Origin: Thermoplasmata archaeon
GTDB lineage: Archaea; Thermoplasmatota; DAOVMN01
Length of the DNA stretch: 34,648 nucleotides
NCBI GenBank assembly: GCA_030630685.1
Contig: DAOVMN010000001.1
Span: 1-34,648, forward strand
Direction: 5' to 3'
The position numbers and the translations under genes are program-made. Position 1 is the first letter of the stretch. Every line of letters begins with the position of its first letter. Below, one piece after another: positions 8,128-14,919 of this stretch. The notes below the pieces were generated by a model. That model saw only the letters and a list, made by a program, of their open reading frames with translations, did not search any database and was not told the origin of the DNA.

Positions 8128-8480
8128 TTATCGTTTTCTGTAACCAAATTTCTTATCATATTTCTTATGGCCAACTATGTCTAACACAAAGGCGATGATC
8201 TCCACTGTTGATTCTCCATCGGTAAGTGTGTAAAGCATCCGCCAATAACGAGCCAATTCAACTCGAAACAGGTTTTGACCCCAAAGTTTTCAATATATTC
8301 TCTTGGGATCAATGACTTTGAAATTGGTTTTCCATAATGTGGATTTGCCTTGATCAATTCCACCTTTGTATTTATTGAGTTAAGTATTGATCTGTCTATC
8401 TTGGATTCGGAAGCATGTTCGTTCAGATATCTATAGGCTTCTTCTGCATCCACTGAGAGAATCACTCGTACCTCTCTCAT
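8128..8480 (-). pseudogene. RelE/ParE-superfamily-like toxin, interrupted by a 1-nt frameshift near 8273-8276
   Basis: The ORF 8181-8480 ends in an odd tail. Shifting frame at the A4 run restores NLFRVELARYWRMLYTLTDGESTVEIIAFVLDIVGHKKYDKKFGYRKR, with a stop at 8128-8130. It overlaps the upstream gene by 4 nt. Confidence 0.6.
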
Positions 8481-8755
8481 AACTCGAGCCCCTTTGAGAT
8501 TGCTTCTCTTAGTTTGGGATTTGGATTAAAAACCCAGGTTATCCCATCTATGGTGAAGAGTATCTTATTACTCTCTTCGAGATATCTGAGAATTGTTTTT
8601 AGCCTATTATGGTTGACTTTTTTTGGAAGCATTCTTTTCAGTTCTGCGATTGTGATTACACTCTCATCCATATTTCGTAATGTCTCTTCCACCATAATGA
8701 CCGTATTGAGTGTCGGTGAGTGCTCGTATCTGTGTATGGCTTTTGTAGATGTCAT
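8477..8755 (-). CDS. Putative antitoxin / small DNA-binding partner of the toxin
   Basis: 92 aa. The 4-nt overlap with the toxin start matches TA operon architecture. No family was recognised by eye. Confidence 0.45.
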   Translation of the reverse strand: MTSTKAIHRYEHSPTLNTVIMVEETLRNMDESVITIAELKRMLPKKVNHNRLKTILRYLEESNKILFTIDGITWVFNPNPKLREAISKGLEL

Positions 8756-8855
8756 TCTATCACTCTTTGATATTAGTTAGTAATCATTATGTATCAAACA
8801 GTATAAATAGTTATCTTTTATGAGCCCCTTATGGAAAATTGCGTATAACTCAGTT

Positions 8856-8921
8856 ATATCCGACATCGATGTCGGATATCCTTCTGATTTGGTGGTATAT
8901 CCAAAGTCCATGTCGGATATA
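8856..8921. promoter_or_regulatory. Two operator-like palindromes sharing TATATCC...GGATAT arms
   Basis: 8856-8879 ATATCCGACATCGATGTCGGATAT is a perfect 24-nt palindrome. 8895-8921 repeats TATATCC-N12-GGATATA and contains a second ATGTCGGATAT (8910-8920), 41 nt from the first. Confidence 0.4.
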
Positions 8922-9004
8922 CCTACCTTTATCTGAAGATTTTTTCTCATGTTTGGCCTCTCTTTTATTCACCATTATTCCATTTAGCTCCCGCTCGTCT
9001 TTAG

Positions 9005-9206
9005 ACATCGAAGATTTCTGAGGACCGGCTGAGTGCGAAGCCATGAGGAAGCGAAGCTTCCGATTGCCGGTTGACGCAAAGCGTCGATAAGCCATGAGGA
9101 ACGAAGTTCTGAGTGGCGGTTGAGTATGCAATACTCGATAAGCACTCGGCAAGGCGTGAAGTGCGAAGCACAGAGCACCGGTTGAGCCTGAAGGGCTCGA
9201 CAAGGC
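9005..9206 (+). repeat. Tandem short-hairpin array B (about 8 hairpins)
   Basis: Stems and loops read directly: GGAAGC-gaa-GCTTCC (9047-9061), GACGC-aaa-GCGTC (9073-9085), GAAC-gaa-GTTC (9099-9109), GAGTAT-gca-ATACTC (9122-9136), GTGC-gaa-GCAC (9161-9171), GAGCCT-gaa-GGGCTC (9184-9198). Linkers are conserved: catgag, ccgg(t/a)tga, tcga(t/c)aagg. Confidence 0.75.
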
Positions 9207-9573
9207 CCACCACGGTTCCCCTATCACGGATCATCAGTTCAAGGCCGCGGTGCGAACAGGTGTAACATTGGATTCTTAAGAGGTATTGAATAACAAATAT
9301 TTAATCTTTCTCTCTGCTTGCCCAAAACACCCAACCCAATCCCTCTTGGAGCCCCCTCTCCATGCTTTGTTCCCGCTCCCCTCGTGGGACCCTTCGCCGC
9401 ACCTTTCACTAAAATAGATACCAATCACACTCATGAGAGGCATGAAACATCACTCAGAGCCCTCGGTACGACCGCAAAGAGTACGCAAAGAAAACGACGA
9501 AATTGTGATCCTTATTCACTACATTACAGCTTTGTCCCAAAATAAACGAGGAAAAATAGAATACAGGATTAAT

Positions 9574-9612
9574 AAAAAAAAGGAGAGAGGCCGAACGGGG
9601 ATCCGAACGGCC
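9574..9612 (-). terminator. Stem-loop plus T8 run downstream of the HU gene
   Basis: On the minus strand, GGCCGTTCGGATCCCCGTTCGGCC (9612-9589) is followed by tctctcc and then TTTTTTTT (9581-9574). Confidence 0.5.
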
Positions 9613-9632
9613 TTAACGAGAGTGCAGTGATC

Positions 9633-9947
9633 CTAGCGCTTCTTGTCTACTGCGGCCTTGAAGGCGGCTGCGGGTCTGAATCCCGGAACCTTCTTCTTCG
9701 GGATCGTAATCTTCTGTTTGGTCTGTGGGTTGATCCCCATGCGCCTCTTTCTTTGCTTCACCACGAAGCTTCCGAAACCGGCAATTCGGACGTTCTTGCC
9801 CTTGGCCACGGTAGCGGAGATGACAGTGAATGCTGCATCTACTGCTGCCTTTGCCTGCCTCTTCGAAAGTGAGGGTGTGGCTATCTCTGCAACCTCAGTA
9901 ATGAGTTCAGTTTTGTTCAGGTCTTTTTTTGCCTTTCTTGGAGCCAT
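9633..9947 (-). CDS. Bacterial-type HU/IHF family DNA-binding protein with a short basic N-terminal extension
   Basis: NKTELITEVA...RIAGFGSFVVKQRKRRMGINPQTKQKITIPKKKVPGFRPAAAFKAAV matches the HU fold signature (GFG..., RNPQT-like arm). GGAGGT lies 7 nt upstream of ATG 9947. Confidence 0.85.
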   Translation of the reverse strand: MAPRKAKKDLNKTELITEVAEIATPSLSKRQAKAAVDAAFTVISATVAKGKNVRIAGFGSFVVKQRKRRMGINPQTKQKITIPKKKVPGFRPAAAFKAAVDKKR

Positions 9948-10209
9948 TTTTGTTACCTCCAGGCACATAAAACCGCTTAGGGTTTAATAGTTTTGTGGTT
10001 AATCATGGCAAATCCCTTATCTGGAAAGGACATTCCCCTTATTATCGAGCTTTTATCCAGTAAATTCAATATGTTTTTTTTGAAATTAAAAAAAACACAT
10101 CTTAAATAAAGGATATTCTTAAGAATCCGATCAGAGAATCCCCAATATCATTGAGAATCTTGGAAATATCAATCATAATTCTTTCTAGTGTATTCTCTCA
10201 GAAGGGATT

Positions 10210-11046
10210 TCAAAAGATTACACGGCTTTGGAACCTTTTGTCAAACAGGTATAGTGAGAAGATAATAAAACCGTATCCAAAGAAAAACTCCTCATACTCA
10301 TTGGTGACAAAACGCTCTCCCGCGACAAAAAGGGTAAGGTAGTCGAGAACAATGCAGAGGATTCCCGCACCGAAAACAATGGCCGCCGGGACGGGTGGAT
10401 AGAGTATTCTGATCCCAAGAATCTCCCTGAACCGATTGAAACGGTTTTGATAGTAATGCAGACCAAACGGGACAACAACACCATAAAGGACAAGGCAGGC
10501 TGCCAATATCCCAAAGACCACGCTGATGGCCGGGAAATTGTGGAAGTCCGTTTCCTTCTGTGTGCTGTGCTCCTCGAAATACTCAGGGGAATCCCAGCCG
10601 ATGAGCCTCTGACCGAAGCTGATTTCCTCGAGAGCGGCAAAGATGCAAAGGACTCCAAGAAGAATGATCACCAGGCGATAATCCCTCAGTTTTTCCTTTA
10701 CCCCGGCATGGGTCGAGACCATGGCATAGATGAACATCACACCCGCTCCGCCAAAGAATAATACGGTAAGGTTTTCTATGATACCGTCTTCTTTCTGGAT
10801 GTTTGTATTGATATCCTTTGAACTCAGGGTATAGTGGAGCCCTCCTGCAGCAATAATAAGCACCACAATCAGGGTAAGTACGAGAACAATTCGATCCATC
10901 CATCTTAGGTTCGAGGGAGCGAACTTCATACTCTTCTCATTCCTTATCTCATTAATGGGTTTTACCTCTTCAGGTGGCACCAGACACTCGAAGCCCTGGA
11001 TTGCAATGCGGGAAATATTTAAATCAGTACCGATTTTCAGGGGCAT
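10210..11046 (-). CDS. Multi-pass membrane protein, function unknown
   Basis: 278-aa ORF with about 6 hydrophobic segments and a conserved-looking EEISFGQRLIGW motif. No family was assigned. Confidence 0.55.
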   Translation of the reverse strand: MPLKIGTDLNISRIAIQGFECLVPPEEVKPINEIRNEKSMKFAPSNLRWMDRIVLVLTLIVVLIIAAGGLHYTLSSKDINTNIQKEDGIIENLTVLFFGGAGVMFIYAMVSTHAGVKEKLRDYRLVIILLGVLCIFAALEEISFGQRLIGWDSPEYFEEHSTQKETDFHNFPAISVVFGILAACLVLYGVVVPFGLHYYQNRFNRFREILGIRILYPPVPAAIVFGAGILCIVLDYLTLFVAGERFVTNEYEEFFFGYGFIIFSLYLFDKRFQSRVIF

Positions 11047-11058
11047 TGAGGTGATAGA

Positions 11059-12054
11059 TTGAAGGCGATGCTACTGGAATCCCATGCACCCATGGAGGAA
11101 CATCCGCTCAGACTTACCGACATCCCGAAACCAGTACCTAAAGTTGGAGAGGTACTCCTGCGGGTGAGCACTTGTGGGATCTGTCACACGGATCTGCACA
11201 TCATCGAAGGGGAGGTCAAGCCCCCATCCCTGCCTTTGGTGGTTGGGCATCAGGTGGTGGGAGAGGTGGAAAAAATTGGAGAAGGGGTGGAGAATCGAAA
11301 GCTCGGGGAAAGGGTGGGAGTGCCCTGGCTCTATTCGACGTGTGGAAGGTGCAGCTTCTGCCAGCGTGGTGAGGAGAATCTTTGCGAGGACATCCGTTTT
11401 ACCGGCTGCCACGAAAATGGAGGACTAACGGAGTACATGGTAGCACCGGCGGAGTTCGTTTATCCCATACCCAGGATATTCAGCGATATTCAGGCTGCCC
11501 CTCTGCTCTGTGCCGGGATCATTGGTTACCGGGCCCTTCGAATATCAGAGATAAAGAAGGGAGAGGTATTGGGGCTCTTTGGTTTTGGTGCCTCTGCTCA
11601 CATAGCGATCCAGGTGGCTATGCACTGGGATACCGAGGTATTCGTGTTCACACGTTCCGAGAATCACCGGGATCTGGCACGGGAATTGGGTGCCGCCTGG
11701 GTCGGGGGTGCCGAGGATCCCCCTCCTAAGGAGCTTGACCGGGCCATCATCTTTGCCCCTGCGGGATACCTGATACCTCTTGCCCTGAAGAATATCAGGA
11801 AAGGCGGCACCCTGGCCCTTGCCGGAATCTACATGGATAGGGTCCCGGAGATGCCCTACGATCTGATCTACGGGGAGAGGAAGCTTGTGAGCGTGGCTAA
11901 CAGTACAAGGGAGGATGCGATTGGATTACTTGAAGCTGCGGCTGAGATACCGATACTGACCGAGGTGGAGGCATTCCGTCTCGAGGAGGCAAACGAGGCC
12001 TATCTCAGGCTCAAGAGAAGCGAGATAAAGGGTGCCGGGGTGATTGTTCTTTAG
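11059..12054 (+). CDS. Zinc-dependent alcohol dehydrogenase (MDR family)
   Basis: GICHTDLH and GHQVVGEV zinc-ligand motifs, a structural-zinc Cys cluster CGRCSFCQRGEENLC, and Rossmann LFGFGASAH. The start is TTG 11059 or ATG 11068. Confidence 0.85.
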   Translation: MKAMLLESHAPMEEHPLRLTDIPKPVPKVGEVLLRVSTCGICHTDLHIIEGEVKPPSLPLVVGHQVVGEVEKIGEGVENRKLGERVGVPWLYSTCGRCSFCQRGEENLCEDIRFTGCHENGGLTEYMVAPAEFVYPIPRIFSDIQAAPLLCAGIIGYRALRISEIKKGEVLGLFGFGASAHIAIQVAMHWDTEVFVFTRSENHRDLARELGAAWVGGAEDPPPKELDRAIIFAPAGYLIPLALKNIRKGGTLALAGIYMDRVPEMPYDLIYGERKLVSVANSTREDAIGLLEAAAEIPILTEVEAFRLEEANEAYLRLKRSEIKGAGVIVL

Positions 12055-12056
12055 GT

Positions 12057-12082
12057 AAAAAAAGGAGCCGCTGGGGGGAATC
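12057..12082. repeat. 26-nt duplicate of the tRNA-Thr 3' end plus flank (att-like direct repeat; partner at 12216-12241)
   Basis: aaaaaaaggagccgctggggggaatc occurs identically at 12057-12082 and 12216-12241. The second copy is part of the intact tRNA-Thr. Confidence 0.8.
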
Positions 12083-12105
12083 AGAACGCATCTTTTTGGG
12101 AAAAA

Positions 12106-12156
12106 CCTTGACGAGTGCTTCGCACTCATCCGGCTCTCAGAATTTCATTCTTCATG
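12106..12156 (-). repeat. Single two-hairpin unit of the hairpin-array family, inverted orientation
   Basis: The reverse complement reads catgaa-GAAT-gaa-ATTC-tgagagccggatga-GTGC-gaa-GCAC-tcgtcaagg. This is the same linker grammar as arrays B, C and D. Confidence 0.65.
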
Positions 12157-12224
12157 CCTGCACCAAAAACCTGTGCGACCTCGCTCCACTCTGTTCCGCT
12201 CGGTCCCACTTTATTAAAAAAAGG

Positions 12225-12296
12225 AGCCGCTGGGGGGAATCGAACCCCCGACCTACGCCTTACCAAGGCGTCGCTATACCGCTAAGCCACAGCGGC
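12225..12296 (-). tRNA. tRNA-Thr (anticodon GGU)
   Basis: Hand-folded. Acceptor GCCGCTG/CAGCGGC, anticodon arm ACGCC-TTGGTAA-GGCGT, T arm GGGGG-TTCGATT-CCCCC, discriminator T. A T7 run follows on the minus strand. Confidence 0.9.
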
Positions 12297-12367
12297 TTTT
12301 GGCAGTTACCGGAAGCCCGCAAACTATGGATTGTATAAAATTGTTTTGATGGACGGAATCGAGACAT

Positions 12368-12755
12368 GGGACTATGTTATAATTTAGCGAATAAGGCACC
12401 ACCCCTTCCTTATGTGGGATAGTTTATCTCCATAAATAGAATCCTAATCAGGCGGGTCGGAACCACACGGGGGGGGGCACCGGGGAGGCATGAGGAAGCG
12501 AAGTTCCGATTGCCGGCTAAACACGAAGTGTTCGTCAAGGAAGTACTCGGCAAGGCGTGCAAACTTATTTGCGCACCGATTGAATCCGCAGGATTCGATA
12601 AGGCATTCGGAAAGCAGTTCCGAATTCCGATTGAGGGCAAAGCCCTCGATAAGGCGGTGAGAAAAAATTCAGCCAGATTGGCATATAGAATCTTGTGAGT
12701 TTCTTATTCACTATGTCACTGACCTCCTTAATCACTGACTTACAACATAGTACCC
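12368..12755. mobile_element. MITE-like non-coding element: ~29-30-nt inverted terminal repeats bracketing hairpin array C
   Basis: gggactatgttataatttagcgaataagg (12368-12396) matches the reverse complement of 12726-12755 (gggtactatgttgtaagtcagtgattaagg). No ORF lies inside. Confidence 0.45.
12489..12654 (+). repeat. Tandem short-hairpin array C (6 hairpins)
   Basis: GGAA..TTCC (12494-12507), AACAC-gaa-GTGTT (12520-12532), GCAAA-ctta-TTTGC (12559-12572), GAATCC-gca-GGATTC (12582-12596), TTCGGAA-agcag-TTCCGAA (12606-12624), GAGGGC-aaa-GCCCTC (12633-12647). It shares 30+ nt blocks with array B. Confidence 0.75.
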
Positions 12756-12824
12756 GATTTTACAGAATCCGGGGATGCAAACATTTAAGTAATTTAGAAA
12801 TCTTTTGGAGATTAAGTGATTTGA

Positions 12825-13061
12825 ATGAGAGCTAAAAATTTAATGGATAGAATCACCATCAATCCTGAGGTAATGATTGGTAAACCAACCATCAGAGGGA
12901 TGAGAATCACGGTAGAGCAGATTCTGAAGGCTCTTGCCAATGGTGTAACAACCAAGGAGCTGCTCGATGATTACCCGGAACTCGAACCGGAAGATATTCA
13001 AGCGGCCCTTCTTTATGCGACCGAGTTGGTAAGTGAAGAACAGGTTTTTGCGGTAGCGTAG
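12825..13061 (+). CDS. DUF433-type small protein (putative antitoxin)
   Basis: ITINPEVMIGKPTIRGMRITVEQIL is the DUF433 signature. It is paired with a DUF5615/PIN-like gene 10 nt downstream. Confidence 0.7.
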   Translation: MRAKNLMDRITINPEVMIGKPTIRGMRITVEQILKALANGVTTKELLDDYPELEPEDIQAALLYATELVSEEQVFAVA

Positions 13062-13071
13062 GTGTCTCAGA

Positions 13072-13434
13072 ATGACTCATGGTAAGCCAAGATTTTTAGT
13101 CGATGTTTGTGTTGGCAGAAAAGTAGAAGATTGGCTTGTGAAAAACGGGTATGATATTAGAACTGTAAGGGAGATCAATCCTCGAATGAATGATAGGGAA
13201 GTATTGAAAATAGCAGTGATTGAGGGCAGAATGGTTGTAACAATGGATAAAGATTTTGGAGAACTTGTCTACAATTCTGGAATGGCCCACTCCGGAGTGT
13301 TACTTTTGAGGATCGAAGATGCCAATGCTAATGAAAAAGTAAAAACCATAGAAAAGATACTAACAGAGTATCAAGATATGTTGTCAAACAATTTTTGCAT
13401 ATTTCAAAACGAGAAACTTAGAATAAGAAAATAA
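13072..13434 (+). CDS. DUF5615 / Mut7-C PIN-like protein (putative toxin)
   Basis: FLVDVCVGRKV...VVTMDKDFGEL has the acidic-residue pattern of PIN-like nucleases. It has the conserved pairing with DUF433. Confidence 0.65.
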   Translation: MTHGKPRFLVDVCVGRKVEDWLVKNGYDIRTVREINPRMNDREVLKIAVIEGRMVVTMDKDFGELVYNSGMAHSGVLLLRIEDANANEKVKTIEKILTEYQDMLSNNFCIFQNEKLRIRK

Positions 13435-13504
13435 TGATAAGAGTCCGGGAGCACGAGCCACCGAGGCCCCGGCCCGTCTGGTGGAATCAGTAGCGGCAGT
13501 CTTT

Positions 13505-14863
13505 TTACTCCCTGTTCTTCCACCCGACGCCTTTGTAAACGACTCCGGCCTTTTTCAGCCTCTCCGGGTCGTAGCTCCTTCGGCCGTCAATTACGATCGG
13601 CTTCTTCAGGAGCCTTTTTAACGTCTCCGGTTCTATCTCCCGTATCTCCTGCCAGTCGGACTGCACAACCGCAAAGTCCGCATCCTTTAGAGCCTCTTCA
13701 ATCGTGTCCATGTATCCGATGGGCAGGTCTGTTAGCGGCTTGAACTTGTAGTACGCTTTTGGATCGTAGGCCTTGACCATGGCACCTTCCTCGTAGAGCT
13801 TTTCGATAATGGGTAGGGCTCTGGTAGCTCTGGTGTCATCCGTATCCGGCTTGAACGAGAGGCCGAGGAAGGCAACGGTCTTGCCCTTCAGATTGCCAAC
13901 CGTCTCCTTTATGATGTCTATAAAGTGCATGGGTTGTATATCGTTGGTATACAGCACAGCGTCCATGAGCGGTGTTTCCACCCCTATTTTTTTTGCGAGC
14001 GCCACGATCGCATTCACGTCCTTGGGGAAGCACGAACCGCCGAAGCCGCAGCCCGCATTGAGGAACATCGGATTGATCCTGAAATCCAACCCCACGCCCT
14101 TCATGACCTCGTAGACGTCGATGTTGAATTCCTCGCATATCCTGGAAAACTCGTTGGCAAAGGTTATCTTTGTGGCCAGGAGCGAGTTGGCGGCATACTT
14201 GATCAGCTCTGCAGCTTTTATCTCCACGTGCAGTATCGGTACGGGCTCTTCTTTGTCGTTCTTGTAGTCCCTGTATATCTTGTGGATAACCTCTCCGGCC
14301 TTAGCATCGTGCTCACCTATCACGATCCTGTCCGGATAAAGGCTGTCATGCACCGCCTGCCCCTGCCGCAAGAACTCCGGGTTCATGACCAGGCCGAAGT
14401 CCTTACCTGCCTTCTTTCCGGAGTATTTCTCAACAATTGGTAAAACCAGGTTTTCAGTAGTTCCGGGAACAACTGTGCTCTTGGTTGCCACAACATGGTA
14501 GCCGTCTTTATCCCTGATTGCGATGCCGATGTCCTTTGCCACGGCCTCCACTGCACCGAGGTCTGCGGAGCCGTCCGGAAGCGATGGGGTGCCGACACAG
14601 ATGAAGGTGACGTTAGACTGCCTGATGGCCTCGAGATTGTTTAGCGTGGCGGAGAGCATCCCCCGGTTCACTTCCGTCCTCACAAGTCCTTCGAGCTCAG
14701 GCTCGTAGAACGGTGGTATCCCCTTGTTCAGGTTCTCTACCTTGGATGGGGTTGTGGCTGTCACGATTGTCTTGAAGCCGTGCTTCGCATATCCCATGCC
14801 GCCGGCCAGGCCCACATAGCCCATGCCTAATACGGATATCCTGATACCGTCCATTGTAATCAC
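13505..14863 (-). CDS. UDP-glucose/GDP-mannose-family 6-dehydrogenase (Ugd-like)
   Basis: N-terminal Rossmann VLGMGYVGL and catalytic GFGGSCFPKD. The start is GTG 14863 or ATG 14854. Confidence 0.9.
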   Translation of the reverse strand: MITMDGIRISVLGMGYVGLAGGMGYAKHGFKTIVTATTPSKVENLNKGIPPFYEPELEGLVRTEVNRGMLSATLNNLEAIRQSNVTFICVGTPSLPDGSADLGAVEAVAKDIGIAIRDKDGYHVVATKSTVVPGTTENLVLPIVEKYSGKKAGKDFGLVMNPEFLRQGQAVHDSLYPDRIVIGEHDAKAGEVIHKIYRDYKNDKEEPVPILHVEIKAAELIKYAANSLLATKITFANEFSRICEEFNIDVYEVMKGVGLDFRINPMFLNAGCGFGGSCFPKDVNAIVALAKKIGVETPLMDAVLYTNDIQPMHFIDIIKETVGNLKGKTVAFLGLSFKPDTDDTRATRALPIIEKLYEEGAMVKAYDPKAYYKFKPLTDLPIGYMDTIEEALKDADFAVVQSDWQEIREIEPETLKRLLKKPIVIDGRRSYDPERLKKAGVVYKGVGWKNRE

Positions 14864-14919
14864 TGCGTAGGCATCCGATTTTGATAAAATAAGGTTACGG
14901 AAGAATCCACAACGCTAAA

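Noticed and set aside
9092-9142. Hairpin units as archaeal C/D-box sRNAs (ATGAGGA resembling a C box, CTGA resembling a D' box)
   Set aside because: The C-box-like motif deviates from RUGAUGA. The guide-length spacing is about 8 nt rather than 10-12. No proper terminal D box (CUGA) follows; the units end in TCGATAAGG.
9005-9206. Hairpin arrays as a CRISPR array
   Set aside because: There is no constant-length direct repeat alternating with unique 30-40-nt spacers. The units are 25-30 nt, the variable parts are only 4-6-nt self-complementary stems, and the window has no cas genes or leader.
8850-9227. 125-aa minus-strand ORF, plus the 12410-12640, 12510-12698 and 32519-32830 ORFs running through the hairpin arrays
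   Set aside because: The same repeat units are read in different frames at different loci. Unit-length variation of 1-2 nt shifts the frame, and there are no start or SD signals. The arrays are therefore treated as non-coding repeats.
12096-12338. 80-aa plus-strand ORF overlapping tRNA-Thr
   Set aside because: It runs antisense through a well-folded tRNA gene and the att-like insert. It is an artefact of ORF calling.
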